64,000 bases of DNA, from positions 37,309,834 to 37,373,833 of the forward strand of contig NC_068997.1 of the NCBI RefSeq assembly GCF_001194135.2, written 5' to 3'. Source of the stretch: Octopus bimaculoides. Lineage: Eukaryota. The notes under the pieces were generated by a model. The model did not search any database, was not told the origin of the DNA, and worked only from the letters and a program-made list of their open reading frames with translations. The translations under genes were made by a program, and so were the position numbers. Shown one piece after another: positions 37,620 through 49,539 of the stretch. Positions within the stretch are counted from its first letter, which is position 1. Each line of letters begins with the position of its first letter.

Positions 37620-38550
37620 ATACCCCACATCCATATTCTCTTATACACACAAACACACGCGCACCTTCTTTTGGGGATCACCACTACTTTATCTCCCCTT
37701 CTCCCTATCTCTCCTGTGTGACCCCACTGTCCGGCATTTGCTATGATAGATCACTAGCCACTACACATTCTTTATTTTCTCTCCTTGTTTCTTTCTGTGT
37801 TCCTTTCTGTGGAAGAGTGTATGCTCGAAATGTTAAGGACTTTTTCACTTCCCGAGTGTTAATCTAATACATCTGTTTGTTGTCTACACCACCTGTATTC
37901 GTCTTTTGTTTTTTTGTGAATTCTTCCCCTATATATAGGAACATAGGAGACAGACATAAGAGGTGTTGGCAGTCGNNNNNNNNNNTTTTTGTGAATTCTT
38001 CCCCTATATATAGGAACATAGGAGACAGACATAAGAGGTGTTGGCAGTCGGCAGTCAGGCCAAGAAAGAAAGATCATGGCTGGCCGGACACCGGTCATGT
38101 AGAAGGAGGAGAGATGTGTAGGGAGCAGCAGGATTGAAGGATTAGAAAAAAATCAGAGCCAAAGAGAAAGGTACAGGGAGATAAATGAGTGGGAAATAGT
38201 GGGAGTTAAAGAAAGAGAGGGCCAAGAAATGTGAGAGAGGGGAAGCGAGAAAAGGAAGAAAAATGAGGGGGGAATAAAATTTAGATACATACCTACTATA
38301 AGGTGAGCACAAGGGTGTATGTACGCCACTATGTATATATATATATATATATAAAAATGGAACAAAAACGCAATAGAGGACATTAAAACCTTCAGACATT
38401 TAGACGATACAAAGGTGGACAGGAGAAACAACAATTAGAAGGACAGGCAAAAAAAGATGAGACATTCATGGCTTTCTTTCCTCAGTCAAGTTCCAGAAGT
38501 CACGACCCTTTTGGGTAGTTACACTTGAGATGATTCGATCTGGTTGCCCC
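37620..38550. repeat. Unclassified pyrimidine/purine-skewed repeats, possibly Penelope-like terminal repeats in opposite orientations
   Basis: Pyrimidine-rich tracts on + (37620-37930) and on - (38040-38550); hammerhead-like relic GGAAGAG-TGTATG-CTC-GAAAT at ~37812-37833. Confidence 0.3.
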
Positions 38551-39804
38551 CATATATATGTGTGTGTGTGTGTGTGTGTGTCTATATATGTATAGACATA
38601 TATTTATGCATATATATATATGCATACACACACACGCACACATAATTACCTCTCCACTCTCATTAATTCTACCCCCACTTAGTCATGGGATCTTTCCTTT
38701 CGAGAAAGCACCCAGTACATACTAAAAGTTAGTTGGTGTTCGAAAGGGCATCCACCTGTAGAAAACATGTCAAAGCTCATGCTGGAACTTGGCTGTGTTC
38801 TGCAACTTGCTGGTTCCTGTCAAACCATCCAACCCATGCTAGCTTAGAAAATAGATGCTAAAGTAGGAAGCTGATAATACTTCTCAATTATATGATTCCA
38901 GGTTCAGTCCCGCTGTGTGGCACCTTGTGCAAGTGTCTTCTACTGTAGCCTTAGCCTAATCAAAGCTTTGTCAGTAGATTTAGTAGATAGAAACTAAAAG
39001 AAACCTGTCATGTATGTGTGTATGTATGTATGTATGTATGTATGTATGTATTTATGAGCATTTGTATGCATGCATGCATACACATATGTATATATCACTA
39101 CACAAATGAATAGGGATAGTAAAAAAGAGTTGAGTACCCTTTAAGTACTCTATAGTAAATCAACTCGGTTAACTAGATCAACCAGTGATAATTGCTGTGG
39201 ATCGTATAATCCATGCAATTACATTTATGCTCCTGTTCAATTAGTAAATTCAAAGCTCATATCTGAAGATATCAGAGTATGGCATGAAACACTAGGATAA
39301 ATGGAGAATTAAAATGATGTGTTAATTCTGCACATAAATCAAGCCATATTTTTATCAACTATTGTATTACGTAGATCAAGACAATCAACATGAGCAAATC
39401 TTTCGTCACATTCAGTACCTTTATTACTGTTTATATTTTGTTTGTGAGTGCATGTATCAATATTTTTAGTATTTTTTGTGAGTAATCAGTAAGCCTGATT
39501 TTATTTTTACTGATTTCCTTATATTGGTGTCTTTGTGTCAGAAGAATCTGTATAATATATCACATTAAATGTGTTAAAGTGTCTAGTTTCAACCTTATTA
39601 TATTCTCATTTCAATTCCTACTGAACTCTACCTCACATTTGTTTCTTCAAATAGTACTAGTAATTATATAAGGGATACAATTTAATTTGGTTGCCTTTAA
39701 TATATTTGTGGCTCTCAATATCACTATAAGAAGTAATTATCATTGTCACCTCCACTGCTACTGCTTCCACCTCCCTCCTCCTCTTCCTCCTCCTCCTCCT
39801 TTTT

Positions 39805-39928
39805 CATCTTCTTCTTCTTCTTCTTCTTCTTCTTCTTCTTCTTCTTCTTCTTCTTCTTCTTCTTCTTCTTCTTCTTCTTCTTCTTCTTCTTCTTCTTCTT
39901 CTTCTTCTTCTTCTTCTTCTTCTTCTTC
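39805..39928. repeat. (CTT)n microsatellite
   Basis: Direct reading; explains the poly-K/F/S/R ORFs. Confidence 0.95.
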
Positions 39929-40256
39929 TCTTCTGTAATATAATTGGATAGACCATTTTGCATATTAAGCACATTCGTGCCAACTGGTACATATGACTGG
40001 CAAGGTAATATCATTTTATTTTGAAACTGTAATATACTACATATATTATAGCACTCTTAAACATGGTGAAATACAGTATTGGCTTTTAAACCTATAAAAT
40101 GCCTAATACTATATTACAGTTACAAGATGAAACACTGTTGCTTTGCCAAATATTAAATAAAGGTATGAACTATATGTGAAATTTGTTTTTCTGCTTTTAC
40201 CTAAATATTTATTTTTTCTTCAGATTTTAAATATACATTTCTTTTTTATCACATAC

Positions 40257-40554
40257 ATTGTGCTTGTGAAGAAAGTACATTTTTGATAATTGAGAAATTA
40301 ATCTGGCATTATCATACCTGCAGGCTATTATAAAAAAAATTCAGTTATATACTGTATTATTTTCAATTAAGCAATCTTTGATGCTTTAACATGACTTTAT
40401 AAATTAGGATTATATTTTTCTTTGTATCTTCAACTTAGTGCTGTCATTATAAACCTGTACTGTATTTATCTTGGAAACTGAAAAGCTTACACGGATGAAT
40501 TAGCCGCAGGGGATACCAAGTATTTTTGTACAGCTGGTTCTAAGATCAACTCAT
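40257..40554 (-). CDS. Candidate two-exon chain of an unidentified host gene (40554-40491, 40317-40257)
   Basis: Canonical GT-AG sites and compatible phases give DELILEPAVQKYLVSPAANSSVYDNARLISQLSKMYFLHKHN; no family recognised and a competing plus-strand chain exists. Confidence 0.2.
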
Positions 40555-41495
40555 CTACTTACACAAAAAGTATATATTGTTATTGATCAAATATAAGCTT
40601 AAGTCCTGTTATATCCTCTCAATGCACACAGTTTTGTTTAACAGCTTCTGCCACATGACCAGAGCATAAAATCTTATATAGCTTTTAAATTAATCACCAT
40701 TAATACAGTAACACTTTTTAAATATAATGACATTAATCATATGATTTTAAACAACACACATCTTATATATTCAATGGAAAATTGTGCAATATGGAAGAGT
40801 AGTTGAAAACAGGGAAACAATACTGGTTGTTTTTTTAAGGTATATTATGGAACTTTCTTTAATATTCTGGTGACAAGTAATTATGCATGAAAGTAAAATC
40901 ATAGATATTACAATTATTTTACAAAATGTTATATTTATTATGCATCATGCAGATATGTGGGTGTACATATGTATTGGTGTGTGTGTGTGTATGTATACAT
41001 TCATACAAATATCATGTATATATCAATCTGCATTTACATATACATATAAAAACACTTGTATGCAGACACATTAATACATAAGACATATATATATATATAT
41101 ATATANNNNNNNNNNNNNNNNNNNNNNNNNNNNNNNNNNNNNNNNNNNNNNNNNNNNNNNNNNNNNNNNNNNNNNNNNNNNNNNNNNNNNNNNNNNNNNN
41201 NNNNNNNNNNNNNNNNNNNNNNNNNNNNNNNNNNNNNNNNNNNNNNNNNNNNNNNNNNNNNGCCCTCCAGGCGGTTTTCTGTTAGCCACTTGATAATATT
41301 TCCAGATTTGATTCCCAACTGTAATAATTTTTATGATATTTTACGTCTAAATATTTCTTTGTATAATAGTGCTCACTTGCTTAGTAAATATTATTTTCAT
41401 TATTTTATCACAATCATAAACTCTCTTTTTTAAAGAGTCAATCTGTTATATATATTTATCATTAATAATTGGTAGAACTTACATAGATGTGCATA

Positions 41496-41526
<31 letters not shown>

Positions 41527-41569
41527 GATAAATAGATGGATGGAGGGAGGAGGGAGGGACACACACACA

Positions 41570-42340
41570 CACACACAAGTATGGTGCTGTGAGAACACAT
41601 GGGAATGGCGTTTCCTTAAATTTTCAAATATACCCAAATTAAAAATGATCTAATACAACGATATCATTCATTTGGCATGTGTTGAAATATGCCAAAACAA
41701 TTTAATTCCACGCAAATACTTTACATATAATTTTATGTTAATTCTATTTACTGAAACTTACTAAAAAGTATATTTTGCTTTAAAGTACATCTTGTAGACA
41801 CAATTGTCAGTAATCATACTGTTTCCATTTCTCTCAGCCAATAATTTTACATTAGCCTTCTTTTGAACTCTAGATAATGCAACATACAGCTGACCATGTG
41901 GAAAGAATTGTATCGGAAGATATATTCCAATTTGTTCAAAAGTCTGTCCCTGTGCCTCGTTGCACGTCAAGGCCAACGCTGGCTTGACAGGAAATAGTTT
42001 GCATGTAAATGTGAATGGAAATTCCATTTCTAGAGATACATGTAGTATTCTTGGGATTAGCAGAGTTGATCCTGCATAAGGACCAGAATCAACCTCAGCC
42101 TTAATAACATGATCATGTAAACTGACAACGATGTAATGTGTGCCATTGCAATGTCCGTTAGTAGCATCTAAATTTCTCAGAAGTATCATGCATCATTTTT
42201 ACTTCAATTTGAGAAAGTGTGGTGGAAACTCTGATGGTGTAAGTTTGTTGATGAACTCAATTAATTAGCAAATCTTTTTCCTCAGAATGACCTTCTGTAA
42301 GAAGTCTTAGATTAGTTGTCAATTCCACTACTTCTACATG
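41570..42340 (-). mobile_element. Helitron fragment (C-terminal PIF1-like helicase)
   Basis: MILLRNLDATNGHCNGT...FPVKPALALTCNEAQGQTFEQIGIYL...FPHGQLYVALSRV (helicase motifs IV-VI); upstream PSEFPPHFLKLK. Confidence 0.85.
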
Positions 42341-43084
42341 ATCACAAAGAAAAAATCTCTTTGTGATCTGACACCATTATTTTCAAGTAGAATATTCTCC
42401 TCTCGAGATACCCTAACCAGTGGGTCATGTGTAGCGGAAACAGAATCATGTCTATGTCTCCGTGCATATTCAGACATCTGTTTCAATCACTTAGCCCTGA
42501 TTTCATCTCTGATTCAGTTACTTGTCTTTCTCACTGCCATTGTGCCTTTACTACTAAATTTTCTTTTTCAGTATTATATTATATGTAAATGAAAGCTCAT
42601 TAAAAGCTATCTCGTTTAGCATGCTAGAAATAGCAGCGATTACATATTATTGTAAGGCTTATAGCATTCCAAATAGCCATACCAACAAAACCACTTCTTC
42701 ATTTAAAAAAGAAGATAATACCGGTATATTGAAGAATTTTCATATTATCAAAAATATTCATTTAACAAATTTTGGAAACTGATAATATTCTTGCAATTGT
42801 GTCTTGTATCAAAGTTATATAATTATTATTAAATTATCATTAATGAAAATAGAGGTAAGCAAGAATGAGAGACTGTTGCAAATAAAAATGTAAAATGTTG
42901 CCTGCAACAAATTAATAGTATTTATTATTAAACATTAAAATCTACTCTGCAATGAATGCAATGAATATTTAAATTCATGAGGAATTGGACGCAGTGAATG
43001 CAATGAATACTTAAATTTGCGAGAATTTGGAGTTAAAAAATTCAATAAACTTCAGAAATCAAAATTATAGGAAATTTCATAAGA

Positions 43085-44250
43085 ACCAGAGTGGCTCAAA
43101 TCCTTTCCATCCGTCACATACTGGAAGAAATGAAAAAGTTTAACAAGAATGTCACGATCTGTTTTGTCGACTTTCACAAAGCATTTGATTCCATCAACAG
43201 AAATCTTGTTTAAAATCCTTGCACTCTATGGTATTCCTCCCAGGATTGTTGATGCTATCAAAGTGCTGTACACAAACACCACTGCCATAGTTATATCTCT
43301 TGATGGAGAGACTGATTTCTTTGGAGTTGAAGCAAGTGTTCTGCAGGATGACACACTCACTCCTTTCTTGTTCATCATTGCTCTCGACTATGTTCTACGC
43401 ATTTCCCTAGACGGTATGGAGGAAAAGGGACTCCTTTTGAAACCTCGCCAGAGCGGTCTGCATTGTGCACAATATTTAACTGATCTCGACTTTGCTGACG
43501 GTCTTGCCTTGATATCCCATTGTATTAAAGATGCAGAATGTGTGTTACAAGCACTGGAGAAGGCAGCAAACCAGGTCGGCCTTTACTGCAACGAGAGTAA
43601 GACAGAGTTTATCATGACTTCCTCCAAGTTAATTGAACTTAAATCGCTCAATAATATATCAATCAAAAACGTTGACGACTTCAAATATCTTGGATCATAC
43701 ATAGTAGACTCCCAAAAGGATTTTTGCATCTGCAAAGCTCTTGCTTGGGATGCATGTAACAGACTTGATAAGATCTGGCACTCAAACCTTCCACCCACGT
43801 TAAAAGTGAAAATATTTAGACCAGTGATTGAGCCAGTCCTTCTCTATGGATCAGAGAACTGGACCTTATCAGCTCTCTTAGAAAATCAGCTAGATGGAAC
43901 ATATACCAACCTGCTCAGAAAGATACAGAACATCAATTGTTGATCACACTAAACACTTAGTAACATTTACAGAAATCTGACACCAATATCCCTCGAGCTA
44001 AGGCAAAGATGGATTCAATTTGCTGACCACTGTCATCAAACAGAGAAAGAGGTTATTTCGTCCCTGCTCTTATGGCACCCCTTTGGAAGTGTTTTCTCCA
44101 GGAAACTAACATTTCCAGATACTATATCTTGGGACTCAGGGCTGGATATTGGAGATCTGAACATAGCAATGCAGGACCATGTAGTGTGGAAAAGGATTGT
44201 CAATGGGGTTCTGATCAACCATAGGCTGGTTGGTCAAAGGATGATGATAT
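43085..44250 (+). mobile_element. 5'-truncated RTE-clade LINE (RT to 3' end)
   Basis: FVDFHKAFDS; VLQDDTLTPFLFII; DLDFADGLAL; FKYLGS; LLYGSENW; ends in ATGATGAT. Confidence 0.9.
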
Positions 44251-44284
44251 AAATATTATATATATATATATATATATGTATATA

Positions 44285-44574
44285 ACGTCGACCACTAACG
44301 TGGACAATTAATGCGCTAGAAATAGATCACATTTTGTGTCTATTAAGACCTAAAAAGTTCTCAACATGAAATATAGCAGCATACCAAAAACGTGAGCAGG
44401 CAAGACATTTAAAATCACCTAAAAAAATCATTATTAAACAGGAACCAGGTTTCGGATTTAACAAATTCTTACCATTTGTCTATTCCTCATCAGCCTGATT
44501 TGTAATGTAGCAGTAATTTTCAGAATCGTATGCGTAGTTGCCCACCGCCATGTGTGCGCGTGCATATGGTTCTG
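44285..44574 (-). mobile_element. Penelope-like terminal repeat (hammerhead plus 3' tail), truncated by gap
   Basis: Hammerhead followed by GTCTTGCC, TGAGAAC, ATCTATTTCTAGC, GTCCAC, TGGTC, colinear with the 20833-21242 tail. Confidence 0.65.
44436..44501 (-). ncRNA. Minimal type I hammerhead ribozyme motif, core intact
   Basis: Minus strand: AAATCAGG-CTGATGA-GGAATAGACAAAT(GGTAAGA)ATTTGTTAAATCC-GAAA-CCTGG-TT-CCTGTTT; stems I and II pair, GUU cleavage triplet. Confidence 0.8.
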
Positions 44575-45524
44575 NNNNNNNNNNNNNNNNNNNNNNNNNN
44601 NNNNNNNNNNNNNNNNNNNNNNNNNNNNNNNNNNNNNNNNNNNNNNNNNNNNNNNNNNNNNNNNNNNNNNNNNNNNNNNNNNNNNNNNNNNNNNNNNNNN
44701 NNNNNNNNNNNNNNNNNNNNNNNNNNNNNNNNNNNNNNNNNNNNNNNNNNNNNNNNNNNNNNNNNNNNNNNNNNNNNNNNNNNNNNNNNNNNNNNNNNNN
44801 NNNNNNNNNNNNNNNNNNNNNNNNNNNNNNNNNNNNNNNNNNNNNNNNNNNNNNNNNNNNNNNNNNNNNNNNNNNNNNNNNNNNNNNNNNNNNNNNNNNN
44901 NNNNNNNNNNNNNNNNNNNNNNNNNNNNNNNNNNNNNNNNNNNNNNNNNNNNNNNNNNNNNNNNNNNNNNNNNNNNNNNNNNNNNNNNNNNNNNNNNNNN
45001 NNNNNNNNNNNNNNNNNNNNNNNNNNNNNNNNNNNNNNNNNNNNNNNNNNNNNNNNNNNNNNNNNNNNNNNNNNNNNNNNNNNNNNNNNNNNNNNNNNNN
45101 NNNNNNNNNNNNNNNNNNNNNNNNNNNNNNNNNNNNNNNNNNNNNNNNNNNNNNNNNNNNNNNNNNNNNNNNNNNNNNNNNNNNNNNNNNNNNNNNNNNN
45201 NNNNNNNNNNNNNNNNNNNNNNNNNNNNNNNNNNNNNNNNNNNNNNNNNNNNNNNNNNNNNNNNNNNNNNNNNNNNNNNNNNNNNNNNNNNNNNNNNNNN
45301 NNNNNNNNNNNNNNNNNNNNNNNNNNNNNNNNNNNNNNNNNNNNNNNNNNNNNNNNNNNNNNNNNNNNNNNNNNNNNNNNNNNNNNNNNNNNNNNNNNNN
45401 NNNNNNNNNNNNNNNNNNNNNNNNNNNNNNNNNNNNNNNNNNNNNNNNNNNNNNNNNNNNNNNNNNNNNNNNNNNNNNNNNNNNNNNNNNNNNNNNNNNN
45501 NNNNNNNNNNNNNNNNNNNNNNNN
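44575..45524. other. Assembly gap (largest of several: 13628-13727, 19322-19761, 21378-21823, 33275-33913, 37306-37559, 41107-41261, 49704-50331)
   Basis: N runs, mostly bordered by (TA)n. Confidence 0.98.
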
Positions 45525-45630
45525 CAATCCCTATCTGTTTTCTAGGAAGGCTATATTTTGCCATGGCCAGACATGTTTTCACAGAAGACTGAAAACACTT
45601 GTTTACAATCATGACATGAGCTTAGTGCAT

Positions 45631-45679
<49 letters not shown>

Positions 45680-46199
45680 AATGGCAAGCTTTATTCAGTT
45701 TCCACTTGTAAATCCACTCATATGGCCAGGGACTGTAGTAGAAGAAACATGCCCATGGTGCTATGCAGTGGGACTCAACTCAAGACCACATGGCTGGAAA
45801 TCAAGTTTTTAAACAATGCAGGCATATCTGTGCATATAAATATGCACAGACATTTGCTTTTACATGTATAACAATGCACCGACAGACAGGCACACATTAA
45901 TATCAATATAATATCAATTAGTTGTCCATAAGCCAGAAAAAGACCACATTCTAAATAAAAAATAAAAAATTGTGTGGTTTTATATTGTCAAGCAGTATAT
46001 TCCTGGTTATAGCATATAACTAGTTGGAATATTAGTTTCAAATTTTGGCACAAGGTCAGCAATTTCAGAGGATGAAAGAAAAAGTCAAGCTCGGGAGAAT
46101 TTTAACTCAGCATGTAAAAGATGGACAAAATGCCGCTAAACATTTTGCCCTGTACAGTAATGATTCTACCAGCTTGCTGCCTTAACTAATTAGAATATT

Positions 46200-46620
46200 A
46201 CTAACAATTTTGTACAGGATGGTGATCTTATTGTCATTTATAATTTGAATGAACATGAGCTAGATGGTCTCAGGAAGAATCATATTGTATTCTTCCAGCA
46301 AATGAGCTTAAAATTTGTAGTTGATATGAATCTAACCTTTGAGCCTTATCGTAAACCTAATGAAAGGTTATAGTATATTAATGAAGTTTCAAATCACCCA
46401 CCCTATATTCTCAAAACTTTGTTTAATCATATAGGGGAGCAAATTTCCTCTTTTTGTTGGATGTGACTATTTTTAATGATGTCTCACTGTACTAGACTCT
46501 CATACTTGGATCCTCCCAAAATATCTCCTATGTTGCCAGTGGAAACAACAGGTCTTGCAGAATTAGTACCAGAAGGGTTTTGTTGTATAACCCAACATTT
46601 AGCATAAATATTAAAATTAA
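46200..46620 (+). mobile_element. Penelope-like RT C-terminal relic
   Basis: TFEPYRKPNERL*YINEVSNHPPYILKTL (YRKP...SNHP motif). Confidence 0.6.
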
Positions 46621-46639
46621 TGTAGCTAGGGAATTTTAA

Positions 46640-47058
46640 AATTTAGTATTGAGACATTTTCCAAATGTCTATTAATGAACAACTTCTGGTTGCTGTTAAG
46701 TCCCTTTGTGAATGCCAAGATATCTATCTGTGTTTGGGTAAATGATGCTATGTCAAAATCTTTCAACATGGGTGTTGAACTTCAGCAGGGGTATGTATTG
46801 TCACCTTTCTTTTTCATAATTTTTATGAACTGAATTGACATATACATCTGTTGTGGAAGTGGTATCACAATCAGTGATGTAGAATCTGTCAACTGATACT
46901 TGCAAACAATGAGGTGCTGCTGAATGAGTCTGCTGCTGAGTGCTACAAGACAGGGATGAGAATTAGTGTTGTGATGACTGAGACACTGGTCCTCTCAGGA
47001 AACTCTTCCCAGTGCACTTTCCATTTTAATGGAATATCATTGAGACAAGTGGAGAGAA
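46640..47058 (+). mobile_element. RTE-like RT fragment
   Basis: GVELQQGYVLSPFFFIIFMN...GMRISVVMTETLV...GISLRQVE. Confidence 0.6.
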
Positions 47059-48125
47059 GTTAACTTTGCAGTAAAGTTTCGTGTTAAACTGGGCAAAAAT
47101 GCTACAGAAACTTACAAAATGCTCTAGACTGGTTATGGATTAACTTTTATGAGCCAAGCATCTGGTTTTTGCTCAAGGATGGTAGAGAAGCTTAAGAGTA
47201 GTAGAGAGGACATGAGAGATGACGAGAGGTGTGGGAGGGAGAGGGGTGTTAGAACATAAGAGTTGGCTGAAAACATTTACTATTTTCTGGATGAAGACCA
47301 TCATGTGTCTATAAAGGCAATAAACATACCGTTTGGAATTAATGTAGCAACGTACATAGAATTATTCATGAAGATCTGAACATGTACAGAATTTGGGTAA
47401 AGTTCGTTCCTAGAGTGCTCAGTGACAAACAGAAAGAAAGATGCATTAGTGACAGCTTGGAGATGGTTGAGTTCATTACCTTCAATCCAAGAGTACTTGA
47501 GTCTCTAGCGATCTGTGATGAAAGCTGGATATAGAGACAAGTATTCAATGGAAGCATCCTGGCTTCCCCAGACTGAAGAAGTCCAGGCAAAGGAAGTCCT
47601 CTGAGAAACTTATGATGAACCCCTTTTTTTGTCAGCAAGGGCATCATCTATATCTACTTAGTTCCCTCTAGCCAGGTAGTCAATAAAGAATACTTTGTGG
47701 AGGTTTTGGGGGAAATTCAGGAAGAGATTTCATCACAAAAGGCCAGAGCTCTTCTGCATAGGTCAGTAGCCCCTGCACCATCCTGGTAACCAACTATTTG
47801 ACATAGATGGGCATGAAGTCTGTCTCTCACACTGCCTTCGGTCCAGACCTTGCTCCTGTGACTTTTGATTACCCCCCCATTCCAGCTGCAGGAGAACCTC
47901 AGGGACAGTTATTTTGAAGACATTGAAAAGATGAAGGAGTCTATGACAAAAAGCCTGGATATCTTCACTTTAGAGGAGGTTCATGGGATCTTTACAAAGT
48001 GACAGGAATGATACAAGTGCAATGAAGTCAAAGGATCCTACATTGAAGGAGAGGGTTTTGTACTTTTTTGAAATAAATAGATGTCTCCTGAAAAAGTTAC
48101 AAAAATTCTGGAATGCACTTTGTAT
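47058..48125 (+). mobile_element. Decayed mariner transposon
   Basis: KLGKNATETYKML, WVKFVPRVLS, ICDESWI, PDLAP(C)DF relics; right end GGAATGCACTTTGTA; left TIR not seen. Confidence 0.75.
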
Positions 48126-48817
48126 GTTATATAACAAGCATTATTCATTCTTACTTTTATTCTAAATTTTTATCTTTAAGACTAATCATCATTAGGAGAT
48201 TTTGCTTTATTTTGATATATTCCATTGCTAACAATCTCTGTATATAAGCATCTATGTAAACATTATATATTGGTCTGTATGCCTTTATATGCATACACGA
48301 ATGAATATAAAATGCATGGGTATGTAGGTTCATGTGTGTAGGTATATAGATAGAATCATTATTTTTGAAATTGAAACAACCAGTCAATTTTATTTCTTTT
48401 GTTTTTGCTTATCAGACAAAATTTTTTTATGCCCATATGATTAATAATATAATATATATATTTTTCTCTGCACAGTTTTTGGGTTTTATACATTTGTCCC
48501 TTTATAAGAAAGAGACCATCTTTTATTTATAATCTTTTTACTCTGTCAGTGTGTTTGAGCCTTCTTTCTTTATATTTGCTTAATTTACCACAATTCATAC
48601 TCTTTCTATTTTGTTTTGTCTTTGTTGCTAGTTATCAACCTATTTTTCTATTTGCTATCAACCTTTCTCCCTCACTCTCTTAGCTTCAAGTTACAATATA
48701 ATACATAGTGTTTATAAACATCATGCTCTCTGTACTATTACTATTTTTCTACCTCTGTTCTTTCTCTCTCAAAGCAGTCTTTTTTCTTTTCATTGTTTAT
48801 TATTATTATCATTATTG

Positions 48818-49025
48818 AGGTAACAAGCTGGCAAAATTGTTAGCACGGGCAAAATGCTTAGTGGTATTTCACCTGTCTTTATGTTCTGAGTTCAAGTGCC
48901 ACCGAGGTTGACTGCCTTTCATCTTTTCAGGGTTGATAAAATAAGTACCAGCTGAGTACTGGAGTCAATGAAATAGACTACCCAATCCCTCAATATTTCA
49001 GGTCTTGTGCCTATCCTAGAAAGGA
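48818..49025 (+). mobile_element. SINE family C
   Basis: Matches 9300-9505. Confidence 0.65.
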
Positions 49026-49179
49026 TTATCATTAATATTATTATTATTCTTATTATTCTTTTTTGTGGTACTCAATCACTCTTATTTGGATTTTAATTTT
49101 TATTTTACATTCAATTATATTCTTTTTAGTTGCTTATATATATTTTCTGGCCAGGACTATCTTATTCTGTATATTTTTA

Positions 49180-49500
49180 TACCTACACCATGATTGTCAT
49201 CTAAATTACACAAAAATGAAAATAACAGACATCTCATTTTAACAAATATATTTACCGAAATTACATAAAACTATCTTGAACTACTAAACAGTAAATTTAT
49301 TCAATAAAATCACCATTGGCTTCAGCCACAGCCTCCAGACGACTTTGGAATCTCTTGCAGCTCTTCTGGACAGTCTCCTTGTTTAAGTTGGAAACCAGAA
49401 CCTAGAACTATAAACCAAACTCATGGAGTCAAGCTATGGTTGTTTCCACCTTACTTTAGAGTTGTGAGGTGTGGACTTCGTTTTGCCAGGTTATCCAAAA
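49180..49500 (-). mobile_element. Tc1/mariner-superfamily 3' fragment
   Basis: ETVQKSCKRFQSRLEAVAEANGDFIE* C-terminal motif. Confidence 0.5.
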
Positions 49501-49508
49501 CTGGAATA

Positions 49509-49539
<31 letters not shown>

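Noticed and set aside
37913-38049. ~63-bp direct repeat
   Set aside because: Straddles a 10-N gap; assembly overlap artefact.
39260-39300. CTGAAGA...GAAAC hammerhead-like spacing
   Set aside because: No stem II pairing and no GTH cleavage triplet.
39687-40014. Poly-S, poly-K, poly-F and poly-R ORFs
   Set aside because: Translations of the (CTT)n microsatellite.
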